Positions 1-10,759 of a stretch of 64,000 bases of DNA are shown here, piece by piece. Each line of letters starts with the position of its first letter. Positions within the stretch are counted from its first letter, which is position 1. The notes beneath the pieces were generated by a model, which worked only from the letters and a program-made list of their open reading frames with translations, searched no databases and was not told the origin of the DNA. Both the position numbers and the translations under genes were made by a program. The stretch is from Psammoneis japonica. Its lineage: Eukaryota. The stretch is from the NCBI GenBank assembly GCA_008632985.1, contig QPGO01000091.1, forward strand, positions 186,001-250,000. Reading direction: 5' to 3'.

Positions 1-1069
1 GTTCCGTTATCAATGGACTGGGTGGGCCGACGGGGCAACCTGGAATTCCAATTGAGTATTCAGAGTACAAAGGCGAACATTTGTTGTCGCCACACTTTTG
101 GAAAGGTATTCCCAAGAAACTTTTTTCCAAGCCCTAAACTTGCACCGGGAACCCAGCATGCCAAAGCTAGCAAAAGCCTTTGCGTACCATCGCTTTTGAT
201 CCGGCTTACGTTGTTGCCCGTGCGTAGCTCTCTCTTTGCAACGAACGATCGCTCGCGCAAGCGATCCACCGTCAAACGTAGCTAACAAAAATACGGTAGA
301 GTAGCTGAGGTACCGTAGTGGTTACAATTCGGATATTTGTCCAAGCTATAGTTGTAACAGCAGGCCCAATGGGGTACCCTCTCCACTCTCTGCCCCGCAA
401 CACCAGCACTGAATGTGTCGAGCTGTGCAACTCCAGCGCTTGTATGAAATGGAACTTTGCTTGAATTTTGAGATGCAACCTCCAGGGATTGCAATGAACG
501 ACATTGTTCAAGTCACACATTCTTAGTCCCTGCAGGCACCATAACCAGACAAGTCAAGACAGACTTTCTTTCAGCTATGCTGCATTCATTTAACCTTCTT
601 CTCCTCGTGGATTGAAGAACCTCGTCCCTTTCCCACCCACTCCCCTTTCTCTGCTATGCTGCTGCACACTCAGCACACAGGAGGGTGTGTGAATAACAGG
701 ATGATCTCTCTCCCCCACTGCAAGAGACTGCAGCTGTGTCTGTAAACTCACGTGAAGCCATGACCATGTCGTTTCTTCCCACGTCCATCATCGAACAGTG
801 GTGTGCGCGGTCAACCACTACTTTTTTGGCGCGCATTTTCAAATTCGGCGCATTCGGCTGGCGCGGCCGGGCCGCCTGGTCAGGCTTTTCATCAGTCATG
901 CGTGCAGAACACAGAACATGCCATTTTTTTTTTAGATTCATATTTTCGCCTCACAAATTCCTCTTTCAAAGGACGGCCATTCGACCCGAAAGGAAAGGCG
1001 CATGGGGCTGGGCCAAAGTAAACTCTCTCCGCCATCAAAAGGGTCCAGTGCGCAAAGCTCATCCAAAAT

Positions 1070-1987
1070 ATGGCGGACGCTGCTGCTACTCTGGAAGAAG
1101 GAATGCGTCTTCTTCCCGCATCGTCGCCTCCTGGCAATGGCGGCCATCACCGAACAATGACGTCGTACTCCTCTTACCAGCATCATCATGATCATCATCA
1201 TATTGCGCATAGCAACAGTACCGACCATCTTCATGAGCTTTTGCATCATTTGCATGATTATCATCTCACAAGCTCTCGTCGATTTCAACTCTTGCTTTAC
1301 ATGGGCTTGACGTTGCTGTATTTTGCCATTGTCAGCAGTTTGCTTGCGGCTAACAATTTGTGTCAAGACGATATTGAAGCACGGTATTTTTTACCCTTTC
1401 ATTATACGGAATTTTGGAGTTCCTTTGCCTTTATTCTAATCGGGGATGATCATGACATCTTGACGTTTGATACACCCATGGGGCTGGGTGTGCTCTACTT
1501 GTTGAGCTTTAACGTGGTCACGTCGCTCATGGCCGCCTTGCTCTTTTCGTTGCACCCCGCAACGTATGAAGTACCTTCACACTTGATTGAGTATTCTTCC
1601 CAAATCACAATTACATTGGTTGATTTTGTCTTTATTTGGCAAGGCAATGGTCGTCGGGGTGGCAGCAATAGCAGCCTTTGGCAGCGAGCAGCTGCAGTAG
1701 CACCAGAAACTACTAATGATGCGGGCGTCATGCCATCATCATCCTTTGTGTCTCGTAATGCTGGACAAGTGCTGTTTGTGACTCTGCTTCTTATGATGGA
1801 CATTTTCAAGTTTCTCTTTTATGTGGAACTCATTCCCTGTCGCATTGGTGCCGAACGATCGTCCCACTACTTTGAGTTTGTAGGAGAAATGCTCAACAGT
1901 TTGTGGGCCTTTTTCTACGCCAAGCAGCTCTTTGTGAAACTAAGCAAAGATCAAATCAACGATTTGCGGCACGTTCAAGAGTGCTAA
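1070..1987 (+). CDS. Multi-pass membrane protein with His-rich N-terminus, function unknown
   Basis: Uninterrupted 305-aa ORF; HHHDHHH tract followed by about 6-7 hydrophobic segments. Confidence 0.75.
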   Translation: MADAAATLEEGMRLLPASSPPGNGGHHRTMTSYSSYQHHHDHHHIAHSNSTDHLHELLHHLHDYHLTSSRRFQLLLYMGLTLLYFAIVSSLLAANNLCQDDIEARYFLPFHYTEFWSSFAFILIGDDHDILTFDTPMGLGVLYLLSFNVVTSLMAALLFSLHPATYEVPSHLIEYSSQITITLVDFVFIWQGNGRRGGSNSSLWQRAAAVAPETTNDAGVMPSSSFVSRNAGQVLFVTLLLMMDIFKFLFYVELIPCRIGAERSSHYFEFVGEMLNSLWAFFYAKQLFVKLSKDQINDLRHVQEC

Positions 1988-2514
1988 AGACGAAAGAGAA
2001 AAGTCGTATAGTAGAAACGAGTCCAATCAGAGCCACTGGACTAAAAAGATATAGACTAGCAGGACGGTACTCTAACTGAGAGAGTAAATTTCATGCACGT
2101 AAAGTAAATCCTTCAGCTAGATACGATGGAACAATTTATTGATGACACCAAGATGGCAGGTGCCAGGAAATGAAAGATTTACATGCCGACGAGAGACGAA
2201 GCTCTGGATGAACACGAACAACGGCGGAAAAACCAGTCACCGGCTCATGAGGATCTTCATCCTCTTTCTGCCAAGGAACAGAACCAGCCGATCTTCATAT
2301 TGGTTGTGCGTGTGAAATTCACGATGAGTTCTCAGCACATTGGATAGGGTGGCAAACACAAAGCAACCTTCAACAGAAGGCCGATCACCGCGGTCCGTAC
2401 GCAAAATTTACGAGATTTCAATGTGCCTCGTTATCCAATTCATCGAGTTTCTTTCATCGCCTTGCGCCGGCAGGGATAGTGGAAATGTACAGAAGAAACT
2501 TTACCAAAATTAGA

Positions 2515-5500
2515 TTAAATTTCTAATAATTCCCCTGGCTTCTTTCCAAACGATTTATCCTTCGGATCATCACTACTCGCTGCAGGTTCCTTGCTCATGC
2601 TGCTGGCACCGCGTGCTGATCGGCGTCGGCGGTTCTTCTTGGATGTGCCATCCCGTGGCGGGGGTAGTTTCCCACCGTTACTATTCCGACTGCCTTTCTT
2701 TTTCTTTTCCTTTTCGGGAAAGAGGTCGTCGCGGGGATCAATGTTAAAGGCATCCTCGTCCGCGTTCCCAGAAAACAAGCTGTTCTCGTCATTAGAGAAA
2801 AAGCTGTTGTCGCCGTCAAAATTAAAATCTTGCATATCCTCCTCCCCTGAGAAGAAAGGGTCAAAGGCTTTCGTTCCCGACGATGTCTGTGGAGTCGGGA
2901 GCCTAATCATTGAATAAGAATCCTTTTTCTCCTCGAAATCTTCTTCAATAGTAACTTGTCGGTCGTTGCTTTCAGGTGTTTTCAAGTCTCTGCTTTGCTT
3001 CGTTCCTTGATAGAAACCATCCTGTGTGTCTGACGCAGGCGAATCCGGAAGTGCAATTTCAATATCTGGATCCTTGTCCATCCATTCGTTGGCATCCTTT
3101 AAGCCGTTGGTGGGCTTCTCTGGCGAATCATTGTTCACTCCAGAGCCGGCCGCCGGCTGGACGAGCGAATAGTCTACCGGAGGTTGTGCGTAATTATCCC
3201 ATCCTCGGTTCATAAATCTCTCAGTGTCAGGAGTCGGCGGTCTTTGGCCAGTACCGAAATCATCCGTGAACCGTACTCTGTTTTTCCTTGCACTCCCCAA
3301 ACTCGGTGAATCGCGAAGGATGCTCTTTTCGGGAGTCTTGTGCCTGTGTGGCATTTCTTCAGGACTTGGATCATCGAAGGTGGTAGGAGACCACGACGCC
3401 CTAATTTTAGATGGCGAACTCTCTTCTGGGGACCATTCCGGAACTTGGGATCTTGGATTTTGTTCCTCAGGAGGCGACCAAGACGCTCGGACTTGGGAAG
3501 GGGACACCTGCTCTTCCTGAGGCGACCAAGATGCAAGTACTTGAGATGGTGATAGTGTCTCTTGCGGAGGTGACCAAGAAGCACGTATTTTGGATGGCGA
3601 CGTTTCTTCCGCTTCCGCAGGCGAATACAATTGATATGGCATCTCATTCAGGGACCGCACATCATCAAAGTCTGAAACAGATGGAAAAGATCCCGGTGGC
3701 GCTTTCCTCGCCGTACCGCCACTGCCTTTTGGGTCCAGATTCGCACGACCTCGCTCTGAATCGCTAGGTGAGGATCCCGGACCACCATCCGCTGCCGCGT
3801 CGTACGTATCAGGCTCGCCGTTAGCCATTGCGGAACCCAGATAACTTCCGTTCAAAGCATCGGTCGACAGGTTCACAAGCTGCATCCCACGAATCTCTTC
3901 TATCTGATCGGGTGACAACGGTTGGTCAGATACTGGGTCGCCTATTTCGTCCCTAGCCATTGTGACCGAGTCCTTTTCTAAAAACGCTCCCAACTGAATC
4001 TTATCCCGAGTGTTCTCAACCTTTTCCGCAGAGTTGGTTCTTTTGTATCGATCGTCTTGCTTTTCTACCGAGCTAGCACTTTTTCCTCGTCGCCTGGTAT
4101 CCTCTCGTGCCTTGTCCTTATCCCGAGGTGACGGAGCCAGACGCGGGACGTGACTGGATGGCAACGGCACATCCATTTCATCATTGCTGCGATCTAATTC
4201 AATCTCGTCTTTTCGTGAGCTCATTGGAAGAATGGTAATGATTGGATCAGGTGCCATACGACTTCGTTCCACCGCGTCTTTTTCTGGACTCGGAGTCAAA
4301 TCAACCGAGACCGGATGATTTTTCGAACCATTGCGCTCCGCTGATTTCATCATACTTTCGCTTGAAACTTCTTGAAAGTCTTCTGGCAAATCGTAAGGCG
4401 TGAGCGGCATATCCTTGCTGGGCGCGGTCGAAATGGTATCATCATCGTCGTACGAAGCGGTCGGTTTGTTATCCAATTCCATTGCAACCAACTTTTGATA
4501 ATCAATTGCAAAAACTGAGTCCATGGCCATTTGCGTCAATGATTTGGTAGGAGTATGCGACGTAACGTCCTCCTCAGGAGAGGCTCTTGGGAGGGAGCCA
4601 GTAACCGAGGAACGTTCAGAGCTTTCGGGTGATATTTCAATGCTGTCTGTTGGTGGCGACGGAGGCACATTGTGTGTCTCCTCTCGTTTCCAATCGATGT
4701 TTCTCTCCGTACTAACCGGTGATTCAAGTTCCCTGATAGGGATACTCTCGGACTTTGATGGCGTTTCTTTCGTTGCTGCGTCCGGATCTGAAGCAGTCTC
4801 GGCGGGCAAAACGTTCTTTGGGTCCGACGACCAGGATCGTCTGAATTTGGGAACCCTCTTGGGCTTTGGTACTTCTTGTGTCGTCGCTCTGGTGATCGCT
4901 GGACTAGGCGCCTTTTCGCTCTGCTGTAATGGTTGTTCTTGTTGGAGAGGCGTCTCTTTCTTGGAACTGTCGGGACTGGAAGCCTTTTCGATCTCCTCTT
5001 GCTGCGTTTGTTGCTGTGGTGGCGTTTCCACTACGACATTTTCTTTCGTTACTACTTTGGGACTGGCAAAACTCGCAGCTCCCGTCTTCACAGGCGGCCA
5101 CACTTTTCGATGATTCCTTCTTGGTGGCGTCTTACTCGTTGACTCGGCTGCTACACTAATGGATTCGACACTCTTTTCTTTATGTGGATTAGGAGGAGGA
5201 GATGCCCATGTTTTTTTCTCCGGCTGTGATGCATTTGTTTCCTTTCGTGCCACGGTCCTCTTTTCCCACGAGGGTCTTGTTGGAGCAGTCTCCTTTTCCT
5301 TTCGCGCCGGTGACGTCTCGGCTGCTGTACTATTATTGGATTCGACACTCTTTTCTTTTTGTGGTTTAGGAGGAGGAGATGCCCACATCTTTTTCTCTGG
5401 CTGTGATGCATTTGTTTCCTCTTGTGCCACGGTCCTCTTTTCCCACGAGGGTCTTGTTGGAGCAGTCTCCTTTTCCTTTCGCGCCGGTGACGTAGTCTTG

Positions 5501-7107
5501 TTTGGGTCCAACGTTGCCTTGCCATTGTGAACCGATGGGAACTTTTGATAAGTCATCCAAGCAGGAAACCGTCTGCCAGATTGCAATGCACTCGTCGACT
5601 CTGCTACATGATTGTCCTTATCAAGTGGCACTCGCTTGGGTCCGTCTTCCTTGGATCGCTCATTTGCCGCTTCAAACCTTTGTTTCGCTTGTCCCACAGT
5701 GTACTTTCTCTTGGCATCGCTCGTATCATTGTTATTGGATTGAAACCACGGAGGAGGAGCAGCAGGCCCTTCATCGGAGGGTGCCGAAACCACAGAAGCT
5801 GGACTTGGAACACCGTCATGAACGCCCGACGGAAACTTGCTCTCCATCATCCACCTGGGAAAGGATGATCCTTCTCGCGACGACTCGTCATCATCATCAT
5901 CGCTACTGTTGTTTCTCTCGGTAGGTTCCTCTTGAGGCATGGAGGTATCCACTTTTAATTCCTTCGTTTCTTGAAAAGTACCATTAAAAGATTTCTTGTG
6001 CAAAGGAGGCACCGGTGAATGATCCTGAGGATTGACAGCCGTATCAATGGCAGCAGGGCGCTTGCTCTCTTTTTCAACTTGTGCTGGATTCTCTTTTTCT
6101 TTCTGTGCTGGCATCTTGGTAGCCGTCCTTCTTTTCGAACCAAGACCAACTCTTGATGGAGTATTGTTATTTTTCGGCTTGCCTCCAAAGGACGCTCTCA
6201 GACTCGCCACACTGGCAGTCTTGGGGATTTCCAGTTGAGCTCGTCGTCCATTGGCCATGAGAACTGTCGTCGTGGTGGATAACGTTTCTTCCTTATCTTC
6301 TTCAGTACTACTACCTTCTGCTGACTGCTGCGGTTGTTGTTGTGGAATTACAACACTAGGAGGTGGCGGTGTAGCCTTGGGTCTGGGAGGTTTGGAATTG
6401 CTCGCGCCAGCAGGTGACGCAAACTTGAGCTTCGTTGCAGAAGAAGAACTAGGTGTTGTTTTCTGCATTATTTCCTTGGTCCTCGTTTCTACCACCGGAC
6501 TCGAGACGGTTGGAGGAGACATGGCACGAATTGCGGCAGCTTGGCGCTCTGCCACAGACTTGTTGTTCGGTCCGTCGCTGGCGATGTTTCCAAACGCATC
6601 GCCCTGAGGAAATCGGCTCTTCTGCGATGACGAAGCTTTTACTTGACTCATGATTCGTCTTCGACGCTGTGTCAAAGTCTCCTTAAGAAGTCTACTTGAA
6701 GATGATTTGGATGAGGGTGACTGTTCTATTGGTGCATGTTCAGGTAAATTCTTTTGTTCCGGAGTAGTCACATTTGACCGTACAGGCGTTGAGTGTTCTT
6801 TTGGTGGTGGTGATGAAATGCTTTTATCGTCATTTGTTGTATTCGTTTCGTTGCTATTGTTCATGGCCTTGGCTAGACGATTCCGTACCATATCCTTATG
6901 GTATTGTTGCTGTTGTTGTTCAGGACTGTGAGAGGCATCGGTACTCCAGCTTGCCGTGGACATGGTATCGTCTTTTGTACTCGTGGCTGAACCGACACTA
7001 CTGCCGCTGCTGCTATTATTATTCCACTGTTGATGACGATTCTTTCTTGAATTTGCAGCCTTTTCCATTAACGCACTACGAACGGGTGATTCTTCTGTAA
7101 ACGTCAT
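2515..7107 (-). CDS. Large low-complexity, probably disordered S/P/E/K-rich protein (1530 aa; further 3' exons possible)
   Basis: 4.6-kb open frame; internal 59-aa repeat and several SWSP repeats. Confidence 0.8.
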   Translation of the reverse strand: MTFTEESPVRSALMEKAANSRKNRHQQWNNNSSSGSSVGSATSTKDDTMSTASWSTDASHSPEQQQQQYHKDMVRNRLAKAMNNSNETNTTNDDKSISSPPPKEHSTPVRSNVTTPEQKNLPEHAPIEQSPSSKSSSSRLLKETLTQRRRRIMSQVKASSSQKSRFPQGDAFGNIASDGPNNKSVAERQAAAIRAMSPPTVSSPVVETRTKEIMQKTTPSSSSATKLKFASPAGASNSKPPRPKATPPPPSVVIPQQQPQQSAEGSSTEEDKEETLSTTTTVLMANGRRAQLEIPKTASVASLRASFGGKPKNNNTPSRVGLGSKRRTATKMPAQKEKENPAQVEKESKRPAAIDTAVNPQDHSPVPPLHKKSFNGTFQETKELKVDTSMPQEEPTERNNSSDDDDDESSREGSSFPRWMMESKFPSGVHDGVPSPASVVSAPSDEGPAAPPPWFQSNNNDTSDAKRKYTVGQAKQRFEAANERSKEDGPKRVPLDKDNHVAESTSALQSGRRFPAWMTYQKFPSVHNGKATLDPNKTTSPARKEKETAPTRPSWEKRTVAQEETNASQPEKKMWASPPPKPQKEKSVESNNSTAAETSPARKEKETAPTRPSWEKRTVARKETNASQPEKKTWASPPPNPHKEKSVESISVAAESTSKTPPRRNHRKVWPPVKTGAASFASPKVVTKENVVVETPPQQQTQQEEIEKASSPDSSKKETPLQQEQPLQQSEKAPSPAITRATTQEVPKPKRVPKFRRSWSSDPKNVLPAETASDPDAATKETPSKSESIPIRELESPVSTERNIDWKREETHNVPPSPPTDSIEISPESSERSSVTGSLPRASPEEDVTSHTPTKSLTQMAMDSVFAIDYQKLVAMELDNKPTASYDDDDTISTAPSKDMPLTPYDLPEDFQEVSSESMMKSAERNGSKNHPVSVDLTPSPEKDAVERSRMAPDPIITILPMSSRKDEIELDRSNDEMDVPLPSSHVPRLAPSPRDKDKAREDTRRRGKSASSVEKQDDRYKRTNSAEKVENTRDKIQLGAFLEKDSVTMARDEIGDPVSDQPLSPDQIEEIRGMQLVNLSTDALNGSYLGSAMANGEPDTYDAAADGGPGSSPSDSERGRANLDPKGSGGTARKAPPGSFPSVSDFDDVRSLNEMPYQLYSPAEAEETSPSKIRASWSPPQETLSPSQVLASWSPQEEQVSPSQVRASWSPPEEQNPRSQVPEWSPEESSPSKIRASWSPTTFDDPSPEEMPHRHKTPEKSILRDSPSLGSARKNRVRFTDDFGTGQRPPTPDTERFMNRGWDNYAQPPVDYSLVQPAAGSGVNNDSPEKPTNGLKDANEWMDKDPDIEIALPDSPASDTQDGFYQGTKQSRDLKTPESNDRQVTIEEDFEEKKDSYSMIRLPTPQTSSGTKAFDPFFSGEEDMQDFNFDGDNSFFSNDENSLFSGNADEDAFNIDPRDDLFPEKEKKKKGSRNSNGGKLPPPRDGTSKKNRRRRSARGASSMSKEPAASSDDPKDKSFGKKPGELLEI
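5161..5493. repeat. Intragenic tandem repeat, 177-bp period (59 aa), about 1.9 copies
   Basis: ggattcgacactc...ggtgacgt at 5161-5316 and 5338-5493; peptide SPARKEKETAPTRPSWEKRTVA occurs twice. Confidence 0.95.
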
Positions 7108-7335
7108 TCTGTATGTATATCCTAATCAGCGGCAACAACAATGATGGATGTTGTCATTGTGAATTCTTCGCCTCTCTCGGTCAGAGGTTCAGCTCATCAC
7201 GGCGAGCGAGAAGCGTGCCGCAACATTTTGGTTCCCGCGACAAGACTGCTGAATATAACAGTTCAAAAGATATGTAGGTTTGAATTATGAATGTATGTGC
7301 AAGACAAAAGGAATATTCGATACTGATCGTAGATC

Positions 7336-9267
7336 AGATAAAATTTTAGTCTTATTGACTGTCCTAAATGACATATAAAGTATTTCGATAGAGGGCTATG
7401 TAAAGGATTTGAAAAAAGAAGAGATAACGTCTAAGATTAGTATTTTATCAGTGAGTGAATAAAACATCAGAAAATGAACGAGACGCTGATTAGGCGGTAT
7501 ATCGCGCCGGCCGGTCACCCTATTTATCCGTACCGGCTTCTTCGCGAATTCAACGGTCAGCGTTATCATAGCGGACACCAATCACCCAAAACCAATGGCG
7601 AAGCAGACTCAAAGATTAGTGACGTATGCTGCCGCCAGCAACGCGGGCACTTTTTTTTGCTTCCCGCCATCGCGCTCGGAACCTCTCTCCGCCCGCCTGT
7701 CGACGAAGGAAAAAGGCCTTGCCAAAGATGCGAGGCACCAAATCTACTGTATCACGATAGACTTTCGCGCAATGCATACTTTAAAAGAAGAACAACGAGT
7801 AAAAGGAGCAGCTGTAGAAAATACAAAATTATGAGCATGCAAATGATGTTGACACATCTGCAACACCACTCAAAAACCAAAACAGAAAAAGATGCTGTCC
7901 GTCGGTTTGTTTGCATGGCGGGCACTCCCACAGCCATGAGATCTCTTTGTTGTTGCATTTGAAGCATGCTGAGTTTCCTTGCAACCTGTGGGTCACTGGC
8001 GTGCTTTTCAATCGAAGCTTGGAACTGCCGCTGCGCAGTGCCCTTTTCCTTGAGCACCTTTTCGCCCTCATCGTTGGCCATGGAGGCAAACTTCATGTGC
8101 ACGTCTTGTGCCACCTGTCGATCATCAAGATCCCCACCTTCCTCTCTGGCTTCATTCACAATGCCCTCCATGGTGGAAGTGAGCGCGGCAAAGCACAGCT
8201 CGGCAGCTTCAAGGAGTTTCTCTGGCTCCAAAATATCCACTGGCTCGGCGCTACCACCGCTTCTCTTTCCCACAACAGACTCGCCCGTCACATTTTCATA
8301 AAGATAAAATTTTAGTCTTATTGACTGTCCTAAATGACATATAAAGTATTTCGATAGAGGGCTATGTAAAGGATTTGAAAAAAGAAGAGATAACGTCTAA
8401 GATTAGTATTTTATCAGTGAGTGAATAAAACATCAGAAAATGAACGAGACGCTGATTAGGCGGTATATCGCGCCGGCCGGTCACCCTATTTATCCGTACC
8501 GGCTTCTTCGCGAATTCAACGGTCAGCGTTATCATAGCGGACACCAATCACCCAAAACCAATGGCGAAGCAGACTCAAAGATTAGTGACGTATGCTGCCG
8601 CCAGCAACGCGGGCACTTTTTTTTGCTTCCCGCCATCGCGCTCGGAACCTCTCTCCGCCCGCCTATCGACGAAGGAAAAAGGCCTTACCAAAGATGCGAG
8701 GCACCAAATCTACTGTATCACGATAGACTTTCGCGCAATGCATACTTTAAAAGAAGAACAACGAGTAAAAGGAGTAGCTGTAGAAAATACAAAATTATAA
8801 GCATATAAATAATGTTGACATATCTGCAACACCATTCAAAAACCAAAACAGAAAAAGATACTATCCGTCGGTTTATTTACATGGCGGGCACTCCCATAGC
8901 CATGAGATCTCTTTGTTGTTGCATTTGAAGCATACTGAGTTTCCTTGCAACCTGTGGGTTACTGGCATGCTTTTCAATCGAAGCTTGGAACTGCCGTTGC
9001 GTAATGCCCTTTTCCTTGAGTACCTTTTCGCCCTCATCGTTGGCCATGGAGGCAAACTTCATGTGTACGTCTTGCGCCACCTGTCGATCATCAAGATCCC
9101 TACCTTCCTCTCTGGCTTCATTCACAATACCCTCCATGGTGGAAGTGAGCGCGGCAAAGTACAGCTCGGCAGCTTCAAGGAGTTTCTCTGGCTCCAAAAT
9201 ATCCACTGGCTCGGCGCTACCACCGCTTCTCTTTCCCACAACAGACTCGCCCGTCACATTTTCATAA
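7336..9267. repeat. Direct tandem duplication, 966-bp unit (7336-8301 and 8302-9267)
   Basis: Units align without indels, 26 substitutions by manual count, all transitions; 2-bp 'ag' microhomology at the junction. Confidence 0.98.
7911..8301 (-). pseudogene. Orphan 3' fragment of the 8877-9668 gene, hypermutated at TpA, stop codon lost
   Basis: Same peptide as the C-terminus of the intact gene with Y>C, R>G, I>T, T>A, N>D, M>V and TAA>CAA; no 5' half. Confidence 0.92.
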
Positions 9268-9668
9268 AGCGATTGGAATCGCTCGACAGCTCGTTTCACC
9301 TTGGGGTATTGTTCGGGTTGTTCCAAAAATTCAAACGTCGCTTCCTCCAAACAATCCTCATCGACATCAAACTCTTCAAAGATCGGTCCCTGCTTTTGCA
9401 ACAGATTACGTTCAAACTCCGCCTTGAGAAGCTGTCGTAGCTGCCGTTCGGGAATGGTCTGACCGGACATTTGAATTTGTTGTACCTGTTGCGACAGCTG
9501 CGCCACGACATTTTGCATTTCCAAAAAGAGACGATCAAAGATCTTGCAAACGTCCTCGGGTTGGATGCAATCGGATTCATCCAGATCGTCAATGATAGTA
9601 TCAAACTCGCGATCCGGATTCATTTTCGAATAGGCCGCAACGGCCAAGAGCGCGGCAGAACCGGCCAT
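8877..9668 (-). CDS. Uncharacterised alpha-helical protein with N-terminal hydrophobic anchor
   Basis: Open frame (ORF track 8877-9881); likely start MAGSAALLAVAAY at 9668; ends AMGVPAM-stop. Confidence 0.8.
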   Translation of the reverse strand: MAGSAALLAVAAYSKMNPDREFDTIIDDLDESDCIQPEDVCKIFDRLFLEMQNVVAQLSQQVQQIQMSGQTIPERQLRQLLKAEFERNLLQKQGPIFEEFDVDEDCLEEATFEFLEQPEQYPKVKRAVERFQSLYENVTGESVVGKRSGGSAEPVDILEPEKLLEAAELYFAALTSTMEGIVNEAREEGRDLDDRQVAQDVHMKFASMANDEGEKVLKEKGITQRQFQASIEKHASNPQVARKLSMLQMQQQRDLMAMGVPAM

Positions 9669-10759
9669 GAGAATTACAGAGAAGATGATGGTGACATGAT
9701 GTGTGTGTCTGTGAACAAAAAATAATGGGCTCAGACGACTCGACAACAATAATTGTGAGGTGATGGAAACAGCGGCCGCTGTGAGAAACCAACAGAAAAC
9801 CAAGGTGCAAAATCCGAAGCTTCGTGGCGGGAAATGCAAAATCAGCGACCAACATGACGTGTGATGTAGAATTTGTACCATTTTCTACGGAGAATGCTTT
9901 CCATCCACAAACTTCAAACAAGAAACGTGATGTCGTCATGATGAGCTGGCAGTCCCGCTGACAGTTGTTTCCGCGTTCTTTCGTCTGTTTTGTATGGAAA
10001 AGTTTCTGTAGAACTCTACGTGTTACGACTGAATGGGATGATGAACAAGGTGCTGTCGTCAGAATGTCGTTGGTGCGATTTATTTTGGAAATTTGCCGTC
10101 ATGGCCCAAGCGGGCATTGTTCTGAAACTGCACTCGCAAGTCGCAGGCTGACGGCCCTTTTTCACCTTGGCTCTTTCTAGCTAGAGTGCCATATTACTAC
10201 GTTAAGGAATAAAGCCTCTCATCATAGGTACACTCGATAGCCTCCAAGAACTTTCTTGTAGTCTGCAAACTCCCGTAGGCTCTATTCAGTACTCTCACTT
10301 CTCAACGGGACTCATAAAAATGATCTCTTCCTTCTAGAAACCCTCCAATTCCTGTCTTCTACCTTACCTATGCGCTCTCAAAAGACGCGAAAGGATTTCT
10401 CTTTGTAGTTGTTATCTACTGTAGACTCCTCTACTCTAAGTTGAAGGGTCACTCCAACATTCACGGCACTCATAACAATCTCTTACTAATTGAATAACAC
10501 TTGTTGTAGTGAGTGCGACAAGTGCGACAAGCTCCAAGCTCTCGCCGTCCACACTACGTTACTTTCATCGTTTTTCTTCACGCCACAGAATGAATAATCA
10601 ATAATCACCCGCGTGATTCCGCACAAGCAATTTTTTTCTTGCTTTTCACATTCAACATCAACATAGGACATAGGCCCTAGAGTCTTTCTTCGAACAGACT
10701 CCAAAAACACCGACAACATACAAACAACATATAATACTTCTCATCCTTCTCTGTTTTTT

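Noticed and set aside
1..960. Short ORFs and a mildly CG-poor stretch at the window start
   Set aside because: No recognisable motifs; TA is still present, so it is not scored as an island.
8302..9267. Classical CpA->TpA RIP acting on the gene-bearing copy
   Set aside because: It would require an ancestor with no TA in 400 bp and six missense changes plus a new stop in the full-length gene. Other pairs show the TA-poor copy is the more degraded one. Not formally excluded without an outgroup.
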